Below, in pieces: positions 23,501-38,500 of a DNA stretch of 64,000 bases. The DNA is from Pavona decussata (taxonomy: Eukaryota). The notes under the pieces are model-generated. The model was not told the DNA's origin and ran no database searches. It saw only the letters and a list, made by a program, of their open reading frames with translations. The stretch is taken from assembly GCA_977016875.1 (NCBI GenBank), contig CDRNST010000188.1:3410001-3474000 (forward strand), given 5' to 3'. Both the position numbers and the translations under genes were made by a program. Numbering within the stretch: position 1 is the first letter of the stretch; the number at the start of each line of letters is the position of its first letter.

Positions 23501-26500
23501 CTGATCTTTTACGTTCATCTGTGAAAATCAAGTTTATCGTAATGAAAAAATCAATTTGAAACAAGTTTACAAACCTAACTGAAACTTCCTTCTAAAGCAA
23601 AGAGTATACAGGCGCGTCACAACGGAGTTCTGGCAAGAAGACACTAGCAAATCTTGTTAATATTTGAGTTTTTTTCCTATTCCGCTTGTGAACAGCGTGG
23701 CTGTAAAATAAGTCTATAAAATACGACTTGCGTAAGTCGTGTCATTTAATTTCCATCAACGTCTCCGAATCATTCAGCTAAGCTTTTTCACTTACTTTCT
23801 ACCAGCAAAGCATTGGTTTATTTTTTCTTTTGCCGACTTTAATATCTCAACATTACACAGATAACATGTGTTGGATAAATAAACGAACATAACAAAAAAA
23901 GAAACTCCACCAAGCACTGTTCAGACATCTTGTTCTTTTGCGGCGGTAAATCTGGTTAAGCAATCAACTGGAGTTTCAGTAAACAAATGGTACAAAGAAG
24001 ACACTGACCAAACCATGTTTATTACATGAAGTACTTACGTCACATGCTCTGAGTGAGTCCATGGCTAACAGATCATTGCCGTGCCTCAGTTGGTACTTCA
24101 CCATTTCCTCTGCGGCCTGCAAGTCAAAACAACAATAACAGCTCAATGCTGTTAGCTCCTTCTAAATCGCAATCATTTCCCAAGGAAAACAAGCACGTCT
24201 AGCGGTTCACGAGTATTGAATGGAAAGTAAGTCTGTTTCGAGCCACGCGGCTCACCAGGCCAAGGCTTCTCTCCACTGAGTTTCCATGTAGGATAAGATG
24301 CAGCGCTGATGCACGTCCACTGCAGGTTTCTCAAAGGCGTTTTGCCAACTGAGGAACACAACAATTCGGTAGTGCATGACCCCACTTTGGAGAGTAAAAC
24401 TGTCTGGCCCAAGAACACAACGCATATGATATATACAACTGGCTGGAAAGAGGCAGTGTGAGAGAAGAATGCCGTCAAAGAACAGAGGAAGAGGACATTG
24501 CAGCTTAAGTAAGACGCAAAAACAGTCACTTCATATGTTACCTTCAGTTCGGCGATTTTAGGATGTCCCAAGTCCAGAGCCTTGATCATGTCCTAAAATT
24601 CAATCAGAGATCAAACATTAACCAAGGTATTGCGGACATGTTTATGTTAATCTTTAACAGTCACTTACTCGCAGCAGAAGACTGTATTTTCCCATTCTCT
24701 GAACCGGTTTAATGAGGTAACTTCCCAAATCAAGCTTGTCTCCAAGCTCGTTCTGACGCCCCTGGAAAACAACACAATACATGGTTTAATATCGCTGCTT
24801 ATTTCTAATAAAATAATCCTCATTTCCAACTGCAAACTGGCACGTATCAAATTCTCAATCAACAGCGAAAACTGCTTTTCAGTCGAATTAACAAGAAGTA
24901 CGAATTTTCAGGCGCTAAATGTCGGTAATAGAGGAAAGAATGGGAAACTGTTCTCGACTTAGCGAGAAGGTCGACTAATTGGCACTCAATTTATTCAAGT
25001 GTTATTGTAGTTTGAAGCCAAAACATGTAGCATGAGAGGGAAACCAGAAAAAATGTTAATTGATGCAGCTGAATTCACTTCCTTACCCTGAAGTAGAGGT
25101 TTCCATGATCGGAGAGTAACTGGTCTGATCGAGGCTTGTTCTTGTTGTACAGCGCATACAAGTAGAATTGGCGCTCCTATAACGTGTAAATACACCCTTG
25201 ATCAAACAAATAGCTTCACGAAAACAGTAGAAAGATGAATCTGTTTACCCACAATTTGTACGTACTGATAACGTGGTTGGAAAGCTTGCAATCAAAACTA
25301 GTCTGAAGAAAATGAACACAAAAAAACACTTTCCAACATTGGGCAGAAGTCTAACAGACCTCTGGCAATTAGATCACTTTACACAGAAATCAACCCTCGT
25401 ACTTTTGACATCGATAAATCACTTAACTAAAAGCAATACTTATAATACCTTGAATTTACTTTAGAATTAAAGCTGAAGTGTAATAAGTCAGTTTTGCGCA
25501 CGTACCCATTTCAGAAAGCAGCTTCCGATGTCAAGAAATCTGTCTTTACACGCCTCAAGTTCTTGCAAGAAATACCTAACAACAAAGAAGAGTTAGCAGT
25601 GACGTTAGGAAGTAATTTTGGGTGAATTGTCTCTCAAACGTTTACAAGACACAATTGGCTCATGCTTTATGTTGTGTTACTTTATTCAAGTTGCGTTACA
25701 CTTACAGGTATTCGTCACGCAGAAAGGAAATAAGGACAAGTTCAAAAAACACGTAAGCGCAACATAATTTATAAAACTAATAAAGTAAAAGACTATTAAC
25801 AAGCGACTCAGCTTACCGTTTGTGGAAATCATGTATTCTTTCAATATTCCCAAACAGAATGTTCTTCTTGCCTTTGAGGGATGGCAGTAATGCAGGCTTG
25901 TCCATTTCTGCAAGGTAATTCTGCAATACACAAGAAAACAAAAACAGGGAAGATTACAATGAGAAAAACAAAAACAAGCGTTAAAAACTGAAAAATGTTA
26001 CTCACATCCATGATATACTGCAGTGATTTGACATAGTCTCTTTCGGTGTCAATCATCTCTTGGAATATGTACATTAATTTCCTAGGATGGAACAAGAAAA
26101 GAGATTAAAACTCTAGCTAGATACAAGTTCGGCGGGATGCTATCCAAAGAATACACTGTTCCCTTCCGTTTTGACTTCTTGCACTAAGTAGAGCAGATTG
26201 CAGGAAGAATCCAATACAGTGTTGATGCCGCCGGCTTTAAGTAACTCCTGCGTGTGCTACATAGCGGCCAAGACATTATAAGGTTCATGATAACAGATGA
26301 ACTGACTCACTCTTCTACACGTGGACTAAGGGCCGGAGCTCCTTCGGGTACTGGTATCTCAGTCTGAAAAAGAAATGAGATGGAGTACAATGAGAGGACG
26401 CCCTTGGATCACGCAGACTTATCCACTTACAGAACTTATCCGTTTGTCATAGTTGAAGCAATAGACGCGACTGAAGCCTTGTTGATTCAATACTGGTCCA

Positions 26501-28935
26501 CTACTAAACAGTTCGTCTTCTCTGACCGTCGAGTTTTACCGTTTTGCAAAGCTGTTTTTGCCGGGTAAAACGTGTCCACGTACGTGGAAGGTGTGTTCGA
26601 TTTGTGCGATCAACATTTCAGCAACAGTCATTGGATACTGAAATAATTCCCCTTTGTAACAGCTTAAGATTCTGCATAACGGAGACCATAACAGTGCCAA
26701 AAAAACCTTTCTTGGTGAAACACAAAACTAGCTACAATGTGTTCAAGGCACAGTTATGAATAATCGATCTTTTCATTGGTTAGTGCCTTACACAAGTGTG
26801 CCTTTTTTTATTGTTTTGACGACAGCGCCAACTTACAAAAGGCGTTCGTTCAAGTTTGACATGATAATTACAATTTTTCTGAAGTTACCACCACATTAAA
26901 CTTTACCTCCTTCCATGAATACAGGGGCGGAGGGGTGGTTGGTATCGAACTCTTCCGCCGTGGCGGCGCCTCCACGTGTGTGATTGGTTTATCGATTTCG
27001 TCCTCGCTTTCGCCCAGTAAGTCCCTGTCAATTTCATCCTCGTCCTCATCTTCCTCTTGGCCTGGGCTGGACGTGGTGGACTCGTCACTACCGCCAGTGG
27101 CAGTACTGCTAGCTTCACTTGAGGGATGGCCCTAAATGCATTAGAAGGTAAGGCAAGAAAAAGGCATTATAAAAACTTATATATCCTTGTAACGACTGCC
27201 ATTCCACTTGGGCATGAATGCAGCAAGTCTCAAAAATTCTTCATTCAGAAACACGACAGACCTTACGTTGTTGAGTAAATTTCCTACAACATCGACTTAC
27301 AACGCATCCCGTCTTCTCGCGGGAGACAATTTTCGCGCGCGCTCGCTTGCGTAGTTTGCTTGCGGTACTATCCCACAGAAAAATAAGGAATTGCTGGTAG
27401 TCTACCTACAACAAGCAAGCTGCATGCTTGTTGACATATGAATTACATTTCTTTTAGTCTGCTAATGTCTCAGCTATCTAACAGAATCATGTAGCACACT
27501 CATGACCAACTTACCGACAGCCTTTCTTCAGCTCTGTGGAGTGTTTCTTGTCTCTTGCGTAACATGTCCAATATCTCCTTGTAGCGTGTTAGTATATTCT
27601 CTGCTTCCTTCACGACTTTAGCGCTGCCCAGGTTGGTGGCGAGCTCTGATATTCGGTTGAGTCTGCTTTCACTCCACACTGGTGTCTCCTTCAGGTATTT
27701 CTCCAATCCGCGAGTCAGCGCAGTCACGCCCTCCAAATGAAGAATCTCCTCCATGTTCATCATGGCCATGTTCTTAAGTGTTGACATGGACCATTCGGAC
27801 GCCTGTAAACAAACCACACAACCTTAGCAATAAAGCACACCTGCTAACACGGTGCGGGCTTTCTTTTACAAGTTGGCTTCTGTGAACCCATTAGGCTCCT
27901 TTGGAAGGGAAGGGAAGGGCCTTTTGTAACGAAAAGAGGCCCGAGAAAATAACGATAAATATTGACGTATAGTCAAGTCAAGATTTTGACATATGGGTAG
28001 CGGAACTTTTTTTAATGCAGAAAATTTAAAAAATATCATGATAACCATGTTCGCAAATGGTATTCAACTGTCGAATACCATTAAGAATAGCCTTCCTTAG
28101 CAAAAACAAGGGTACAATGTCATCAAGAACAATACAGTAAACAACACAACAAATTGGTAAGTAAAATTAGTACAACAAACCAGAGACTGTAACTAACATC
28201 AAGTCGCCACTGAAACACTGTAAACTGATAACACAACAAAAGAACAAGTGGAAACAGCACAACATCACCCTCAAACGCCAACTGCAATCCAGGTAAACAA
28301 TAAACAAAACACTACCATCAAAACAAACGCTGTAAACAACACAAAGACTACAATCATCTCAACAAACGTCTTGGTGAATAAGCCATTAAAAAAAAGCAAA
28401 TCCGGTATCCCGATTTCAAGGAATCCCTCAAACGAAAGGGCATTATTATAAAACACGAGCGATGATGACAAAATAAATATGATGAAGAACGAGACCTAGA
28501 AACGATACCTTGCACAACACTGTTCCGAAGCCTCACAATGAGTAAAGCAATAGGCTCCAAGTTAGGTTGGCGCCCTTTTGTTTTCGCAGACAATTTTGAG
28601 TATAGGTCTAACAAGAGGGATTCCGATTACCTGTTCAGCTAGCTGGTAGAACTCCAAACACGATTTGAGCTGTTGTCTTCTATGTTCAAGTTTCCTACAA
28701 AACTTCCTGTAAATCTCCTCCAAAGCTCTTTTTCTCTCTTTAATTCCAATTCCTTCGTAGTGGCCGCCCTGAAACATACTGCTTCCTTCCTCAAGAATAT
28801 TTTCCACTCGGTCACAGTAGCACTGCGAACAAAACCATCAAAAGGAAATCTACTCACACATTTCATTCGTGAGCTTAAAACAGTTTCTCGGGGTTAAAAA
28901 TCAACAAACATCGTAGTAGGCATTGTCATTCCATT

Positions 28936-28990
<55 letters not shown>

Positions 28991-31900
28991 TTATTTTCAT
29001 TTATTTAGTTATTAACCTCGCTTTGGGCGTGATGCAGCACAAAGGACACAGCCCTTTTCATCTAGATCGTTTAGAAATATATTAAAAATCCCACTAAGTA
29101 AGTAACATCCTCAATTTAAATACGATGAAAATAAAGGGGTCGTGTATAACTATTACCAAATTAACCTACTAAAAGAAACAACACTTTTTTTTTCTTGGTT
29201 TGCATATCCCGGAAAGGAACCCTGCCAATGACACTAATTACCACATCACGGTACAGCGCTGCTGACACAATTCTACAGAAAACCAACCAAAAGCTGACGT
29301 ATGTTCAGCCGCCAGGCGGAAACGCGTCCGAACCACACAAGGCATCTGTCAATTTAGCGAGCGCGAAACTTCACATATTTGTCCATCCGGCCCTTCTACT
29401 CGTTAAATAAGTCCATATTAGGGTATTATCTTGATAGTATTTATATTATCTTTTTTTTAGTTTTCCGTATACCTAATTTAACACTGTCTATTTCAGTTTT
29501 ATTTTTTCCATTCGATCACTGCAACAAACCCACTCAAGAATCCTTCGAGATCACCAATCATCAACACTGTTTTCGCCGTTACCATTTAAACCAACGTTAG
29601 CGTTTAATCTACAGGTGTTATTTGCCTCACCCTAAAACAGCACCACCACCTTAGGCTTATCCATTTCCACAAAAAGCTTTTTTCTTTTTCCTTTTAAAGG
29701 AATCCCATTTTGTTTCAATAACTCAGCATTATAACCACAGTTCAACTCTCGCGTCTTTAGTCACCAGCTTCCTTATGAATGTGAGCTATTGTTGCCCAGG
29801 TTCCTTGAAGCTAGACGTCTTGCGGTTTCCATATAATTAAATAATGTGCACTTCAAATTGACTACAGTTAGATGATGGATTACCTTGGCTTTGTTTTCAA
29901 AATTGTCAAAGTCCTCTTGCAGTGTTTTCACGTGTCCAATGGAGTCTCCAATCTCAGTGTGTTTCTCTAAGAACTGCTCTCCTTTCGTCGTTATCCAATT
30001 CACTACCTGCAGATGAACCAAACTTGATCTCAAGAGAAAAATATTTATACACGGAGCCAGTTGATCTGTGCGTGTACTTAATTGTGCTTAATGGTAAGGC
30101 CAAGGTGACTGAACCAGTCGGCCGCTGAATGGAAAGATACTGCTGCTAGTCAAACAGCCGTGAAACTTCCGCGGTCTGCGGCCGACGTTACGGGTGTGAC
30201 GCTAAAACCCAATCTTGCATATAACAAATATTGGATAGAGAAAAAAATTCAAGAGACGCAAACATCATTTCACGTATAGCAAAAACCTGCGTATAAGAAC
30301 CTTGTGAATAACGACCTTTAGGCTAAAATTTGTCTTTACGACCCCAAACATATAAGAACTTGTTGTAGAAAAAGAACTTCGGTTGTAAAAAAAAATCAGT
30401 TAAAATCCCAGCAAAAAGAGGATGATTAAACAACCAAATATGGCTGAGTGTCTGGTTATGTCAATATACAGTTACTTCTAGTGACTGCCGCATAACACTG
30501 GAGTAACTATCATAAAAACCAATACGACTTAGTTCCATTGATTGGAATTTCCAATGCTGTAGTAATTGAGAACTTTTCCATCCTTTAAAAAATAACCTGG
30601 CCTGTTTAAGAGCCTAAATGGCCTTATTTCTTGGCTAACACCAAAATATACAAGAACCTTTTTCCGCCGGTAACTTTGAAATATGTGGTTCTTATACTCG
30701 CGTTTTACGGTATGTTCAGCGCTGGCGAAACGCGTTCCCCAAGCACAAAGTTACGCGTACGTTAGATGCACCTTAGACGGAAGATAAAAAAAAAGCTATT
30801 TCAAAAGCAGCCTTGTTGTACAGCCATACCAAAGCAACACTGAGGACAGCCTAACGTGCTGCCGTCACACGATGCAATTTTTCTTGCAACCTGCAATGCA
30901 ACGCCGTTCCGAGACAAAATTGCGCGCGTAACAACCCTTCTTCCCTCACAACGAAAAGTTGCGTTGCAAGTTGCATGAAAAGTCGATTAGTCTTCTACTT
31001 TTGTAACGTTGCCAGATACGATACAGTGTGTAACAGGTTTTACTGCAACGTGCAACGCAATGCTAACGTTGCAAGTTGCAGGACATTTGTTTCCTACGTG
31101 CTTGGATGGGAGTTTGACCAAGATCAGATTACGCACAAGTGATCGCAAACAAGTTAAAGAACTAGCCATACGGAATCGGAAGTTATTACAAGTCAAAAGC
31201 TTGCGATAACTCGCGACTTTTAGGAGCCAACTGCTCCGAGAATCATTCTGTTAACTTCACACGCTGAAAAAACACCCGCATATGAAACAACCACCGAAAA
31301 TCGCCTTCTTGTGTTTGTTAGGATTCATCATATACTAAAGTGAATCAGATAGAGATAACGTGTCGACTTCCGGTGCGATCGCGAGTGTCGGTGCAATCAT
31401 CTAATTGGCTAATAATATTCGGAGAACCTTCGAGTAAATTTTACGACGATGCTTGTCCAAAATGAACCCTATAAAAACAAACTGAAAACAAAATATCAAA
31501 ACATGCCAACATAGCTTGATTTTTTTTTTTTTTACCTCGCCGATGTCATTCTCAAACTCTTTCAAAGCGAGACACTGCTCTAATTTCCTAGTTCTGTTCT
31601 CCGTAAGCATCTCCAGCTTACAAAACACCTCATTCATTTGATGGTACAGCTTTGTCACGCAATTCACAGTCTCCATGTAGTCGGGTACTGACGGTAACGT
31701 AGCCTGGTCCTCCTGTAGTCTAATCAGTATCTGTTCTCCTTCAACTTGTAACGCTGACAATCTACTGTCCTCAAACACATCCTTGATTTTCTGATGATGT
31801 TGCTCCAGCAAATTCTTACATTCTTGAATGGTATCGCCAAGTCTGCTGCTCGTAAACTGCTGCATGACGCCCATAGCGAGTTTAGCCGCGCTTCTACATC

Positions 31901-34900
31901 CAGTCATGAACGGCTCGAATTTCTAAACCAAAATAAAAAACAATCGCTATGTAACTATAGTTAGAGGACATCCCTTTGCGGTCAGATCTAATACGCGGCC
32001 ACCTCTATACCGATCCAGGAGGCATGCCCTGATATTCCAACTTCTGTTGAACCGGCTTTGGATACCGCTGATACACGAGGTTATATTAACAAGTTCATCT
32101 GAGTAAAAGGAAATCGGCTCTTGGGCATCACCAAAACACTGCTACTGTGGTTTACGGTATAGTGCTGCTATTGTGGCATGAACAAAACAATTCGATGGCA
32201 AAAAAGGCAATACACGTTGTTAATTAAGTTGCGGTATTCTTTTAATTGAACAAAGGAATAGGAAACCAGCGCGTTTTAAAAAAATGTCCATCAAGTCAAA
32301 AATATTGTAAAGGGTTTCCAATTTTCAATCGCATCCAAATTTAGAAAAGTTATTTTGGCAGCGGTCAGTCAGTTTAGCCAAGCGTTTTTCTCACTTACGT
32401 TTCATTAAGGGATTAGTGACAGGACAGTCACAAAAAAGCACGAAATGAAATAAACAGATATCAAAGAAAGCGAAAAAGAAAATTAGCTTAACTCTGTATT
32501 TTATATTTCGGCAAAACTGTAGGAGCCACAAGAGCGAAAACCTGACAATGAATACAAGCAACTCCATCGTAACTGAAGTTGCCACGCTCAATTTGATTAA
32601 ATTTACAACGGACCCGCGTTGAAATGAAAATATTGTAGTCTTCATAATTAATGTGCGAAACTCGAAGCCAATGAAGCAAAAAAAATATAGAGATATTAGG
32701 CCTTGGGACAAAGGCTATCCTGATCGGGGGGAGGGGGTGAGGGGTGCAACACTAGAGGAACAAGGTGAACATTGCCATTTTCCATTGGCTTTCCATTAAT
32801 TCACAGAAAAGAATGAGAACGGCGTTGTTTCCCCGACGAACAAATCTAGATGTACAAAATCTTGTGTCCTTTAACACGCATATTCAGTTAACTTAATTTC
32901 ATTGTATACGCCTAGGTCAATAAAATACCTACCTATTTAAAAAATACACACGGTGACACGCACAAATAGCTGAATACAATATGATGAAAGGACTGGGTTA
33001 TTATTAAACCATATTCTGCATAAGAACCGGCATTTCTAGAAAGGCATTAGCATAACACAACTCCAGCGGCAGATATTGGATGTCGAGAAACATTCCGAAC
33101 ACAAGGCAGAGTTTAATATGAAAAAGGAAACTATCAATTACTTTATTACCCGATTTAGCCGCATTCATTAGAAAAGAACAGCTAATTGGAACAAAATTAA
33201 CGTGCAATTATGAGGTTGTTAATTTTCACCTTTCCAGTGAGTAGTAATTTCCGTGTATCGCTATGGAAGTGGTATAACTTGGCGTGCTCAAAGCGCATTC
33301 AAACACACAAATCCTTGTTCCTTGAGAAGTTTCAATATGAACTACACTACATTAACATTAGCTGAGATAATGTTGGAACGTCTGAGGCAAGCACGTAACG
33401 CTTAAAAACCAAACCACGCACGGTCATCACCAGCTCGCCGGGCGGGTTCATACCGCTCAATTTTGACAACAGGTAGTTTGAAGAGTTTCTTGAAACCGCT
33501 TTTTTTCCGGAACCGGAGTGGAAAATAATGCCATTATTGGTCTTGGTTTTTTCGATATTGGATTGACCTAACAACATTTTGAACCCAAGTTGCCAAACTC
33601 TACATCGCAGATTTCAGTTGTAAATTTTTCCACACCATTGTTTTTAATTCAAGTCTATTGGGAATGCGACAGCGTGGATGAGCGGTCGAAATATAAAAAT
33701 ATATTAATACATGAATCTGTTTAAATACCCGGTGGTGATAAAGCAAATGCATCGAGTACAAAATCGCTCGCTAGAATAGTTATGCTATCACTTTTTCACT
33801 GCCACAGTCCAGAGATAGCACTCCGTTCCCGTAGCATCCTTCTAACTTGTGAGATAGTATTAGAAACTAGGAAGTGTGATCATTCAAACAAAAGCTACTA
33901 AGTAGTACCGCATAGTGGCATGTGTTATGCTTTCTAGTTTCGATCTCAGAAGATGTCAGGAGTGGAAGAAATAAGATGAAGAAGGATATTAAGAGTGTGA
34001 CTCACTATTCTAAACCTGATCCATTCGTCGTGATCGTAATGGAAGACTCCACCAAACTCAGGCGTCAGTTGAGTGCGGTCGAAGTACGACTTGAGCTCGT
34101 CCACAGTGGTGATGAGTTTGAACTGAAAGGCAATACAGCATTTGTAAATACAGTTCACATGTGTGTGTACAGAGTTAATATTGGAGTGCTTGAAATTTGT
34201 ACCCACTGTCCCAGCCAACAAACGATTGCTACAAGATAATCAGTTGAACAACGGACACGAGACTCAAGTGAATAACACTTGCCGGCCTTAATTTAGCGCA
34301 AAATTGCTTTGGCTATTGTGGGTCCCTGTTGAGCAGTTGATGATCTTTGCACAGACAAGAGAACAAGGTAGACCTCGCTGCAGCGACAAAGTTCACAATT
34401 CTTAAGTTTCCTTTTGTAAGTAGCAGCCCCTTGTTCGTTCTGTTTTTTAGACATGAAGGAATTTCCTACCCACCAAAGTGAGCTGATAAAGTTGCTGCGG
34501 CCTAAAACAACAATTCACTTAACATGAAAGGCAATAACTTCAAACCAAATGTTTCGTTTATTTGTCATGGTTGATGTGCACTTGACAAAAAAACGCAGTT
34601 TAAATAAACTAATAGCAATAATGGATAATAAGTTTTGTTCTTGTAGTGTGCAGCTTAGCTGGCCAAGAGTACATACTTCACAAGCCATTCTGCTACATTA
34701 AGCACAAGGAATGGAGTGATATTACAATACTCCAAACCATTAAGAGGCTAGGTTTATGAAGCATGCTAATATGCACACAATAAACAATAGAATAGCATGC
34801 TCCTTCCGTAAAGTGTTCGTTAATTGAGAAATATTGTTTAAGATTGTCCTCGTGTGTTTCACATTGAATAAAGTACTTAGCTTAAGAGCAGGCTAGCTCG

Positions 34901-35501
34901 CATTGATATGAAAATCAATTCGACATTTATAACTCTCATTTACGGCCAAAATTTGATTAACTTTATATTTGGTGAGAAAGGGGTACTTATTTCTGTATGT
35001 CAAACACGCTAGGTCACGCTAATTACATACACACGTTATAAAATGGAAAAATTAAACGAAAGAGAATAAAAGTGATCCGGCAAGAATTCTTCGACAGCAA
35101 AACCGCCGGCTGAAATCACAACAACAGAACGCATCTTTCAGTCAATTCCTATCGAATTCAAGCCTAAACTACATGTACTCCAAAATTCTCAAATGAATAT
35201 GCTAATGTCTGTTCGTCCTATGTACAAGCTTTCCCGGTGTGGCTCTGGTCAGAACAACAACTTCTGATTTGATAAAGTAAGGGACATGGTAAATATTAAG
35301 CTCTGGGTTACGAAAAAGAACGATGTAGTCTTTGTTATGTCACGGGCATGAGACTCTCGGTGGAGACTAATGTTCTGTTTGTCCGATGCTCATGACAAAC
35401 TGAACGCTACACCCTTCATCCCCTCTAAATTGCCTCCTTCAAACAACAGCTACAGATGGAAACGGCCTCGACTAATGGAAATATGAAATTGAAACAACAA
35501 C

Positions 35502-35545
<44 letters not shown>

Positions 35546-38500
35546 TAATAATAATAATTTAGAGTTGATTTTTAATAGTTAACCTTTGAAGTTTTTATTT
35601 GAAGGCATATATTTTAGTCAACGTTGACTCTTAGTTTTGCCAATATGACATTTTTTGATGTATATTCTGTATAAACAAGTCGTTTTGTTCATCAGCTCAT
35701 AGGTTACGCTAGTCCCCCTATGAGGTTGTTTCGCACGGATGCATTTGTGAACTTGTACAAAAGTGTGGAAAACGTTTTCGTTGGATTACTAAATTGATCC
35801 ACTGGATAATGTTGTCCGCTGTTTCAACCGAGACCGAAAAAAAATAACTTTTGCCTTGATTCTCATAGCCGTGTCCACATCAGGGTGTACTTTGAATTGA
35901 AATGCAACCGAAATATAGCTGAAAAATTCATGTTAGCCAATTTTGTTCTCTGGTTAAATCGCACAATGAAACGTTTCTAAGGTGTATCTCCACTACATCA
36001 TATTAAAATAAACGCGCCTGTAGCCTGTTTCGCGTGAGCTTTGTTTATGTTGGTGAAGAGTGAATTTAACAAATTGAATTAAGTCAATATTTGGTCATCA
36101 GCATGGAATATCTGCTACCGACAGCGACTGAAAGGACTGATAAAGGGCTCTTCACAAATTGTGAACTATCCCGGGAGTTATTAGCAGACAAACTGGATTT
36201 ATCTTTCCTAAGATATACCGTTACGCATCGGTCAATGCATTTACAGAAAGTGGCCAATACTTACCAATACGGACCGGACAAGTTAGTTCAATGAAATCTA
36301 CATATATAGGTAGCCAGTCTGAGTACAGACTTAAATTTCCTGTATCGAAAAAGTATCTGTTTCCGGACCAACACATAAGGAAGGAGATGAATGTCTAAAT
36401 ACAGACACCCACTAAGAAAGTTATCCTGATATTATCTTCTCTCTTCAAGTTCCATCAATCTATCTACCTTCTCACAGCTCACGGTAATGTAAATCAACTT
36501 TCAGCTCCCGTAGTTGGCAAACATTCTGTCGGATTACTTAGTCCACATGAGGAAAATAATTTTTCATTCCCACAAGAACATTGAAACACTATAAAACACT
36601 TTATAAAACTTAGAGGTCTAAGTGCTTTCAACAACATTGCTATGTAACAATTAATGTTCATTGTTTGCCCCTAAATCCATTGTATTTGGTCCAGGGTTAC
36701 CGTTTGGCCTAAACAAATTTTACTTTTTCATTTATTTTTGTTTCATTTATCTGGGAAAAAAAACCTACCCATCCCCTTCGTTGTTGTGTTCTAGTGGACA
36801 CAGAAACACTTCAGATTTCATTGCAAATATTATTTATTGGAATTTTAAGGATGTTGTTATATTGTTCATGGGTTTACAGCTGGAGTTACCATGAGCACAA
36901 TGTGCCCTCTGATTGGCTGATTCTCGGTCACGTGGTGAATTGTAAGCCGACTTTATTTTGGTCGACCTCGATATGTATTATAAGAGACTATCTTTTAACA
37001 ACATCTGATCTGTGTGTTCAGTTTAAAATCTTTAAGCAGTTACAAACCTTCTGTTTTTGTCATGTTCAAGTTTTTTATCTTTTTTTTTTTCTCCTCGCAT
37101 TTCAATTCCCCGGCGGAAAATAAAAATTCTCATGCATTAAAACCAGACTGCTTTCCCCGGGACAAGTCATAATAATCCTAGAAAATGCTCGTTGATTGCC
37201 GCACACCAACAGCCACAAACGAATTGCTGTAAAGAGGGGTATACTTTATGTATCACTTACTGGTGTGTCTCTGCACGTGCCAAAAGTAAACGCGTGCACC
37301 CCACCGCATATCATGTGAGTAACCAATCCCGGGATCCCTGCCGCACCCACAAAAAAATAGACTTCCTATCCAAACAAGACCTTTTCCTTGTTATCGGCGA
37401 TTGCTGTGATTAAAAATGGAATGGAGAATAGTCGGGAGATTGTTATCAATCTTGTTTCGATGAACAAAAGGTTCACACGGTCCTTTACTGAACTGCGCTC
37501 CAAAGTAGTGAAATCATAACAAAGCGACTGTTCTTGTGGCCACCGTCATGGGATCCTGTTTGAATAAGTTCTCACCAAAGCACTGTGTTTGAGCTTCAAA
37601 AAGTCGCCCTCAATATGTGTTTATTGCGATCAGACATTGTAAACAAGTCTTAAATCTACAAATTCAGTGATCAACACGAAATATCGACAGCAGTCAGATG
37701 GCAAAAGAGACCAAGAGATTCCAATCTTCATTTGATCAGTAACTGATGAACCAAGCGCTGACACAAGAAAAAGGAATGGACCCGACTCATACAGAATCAA
37801 AGTAGATGGGACGAAAAGGTTTCAGGAAATTGAAATTTTGAGCTTATCCCTGATAACTTTTGTCAAATAATCCGGCCTCCGATGGCAAACACCCTACTTC
37901 GTGATGCAAATGATCGGTATTAAAGGTATCAAAAGAGGATTACATTGTAATTTACAAATTACATTGTAAATGGCAAACATCCTACTTCGTGATGCAAGTG
38001 ATTGGTATTAAAAGCAACAAAAGAGGATTACATTGTAAATTGTCGATAAATCCGTGGCAAGATCACTGAAATCCTGAGAAATCGTAATATTTGTCATGTT
38101 TTCGGCCGTGTGTTATTCTGTGTTTTCAGTAGCTTTTTGTACCATTAGATGCATGAACTACACAAGTACATTTTATTAAGTTGCAATATCTAATACAATC
38201 GGTAACAATTTCAGTTAATTTTACCGCAATACTCGGAAGCCGTATCCTTATTTCAAGAATCTTATTTTTCATAATCCAGCAAAGTAAATCAATAATTGTA
38301 AGCTGCTAAGGTTAACTTTCTTTCTGTCACGGTGTTTCCTTCTCTTCAGTATAACATCCCAAGCGAATTATACTGTAGGTGGAGTTAGCTGACTTTGTTT
38401 TACATGTATAACAATTGTATAACACCGCAAGCGGTCTCCTTCTTTTCCTCACAGAACTGAACCTACCTTGTTACACTTATATTCTCTAGCAATAAGCATT

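Noticed and set aside
29293-29330. Hammerhead candidate CTGACGT...GAAACGCGTC
   Set aside because: The core is CUGACGU rather than CUGANGA, and there is no proper helix II or helix I.
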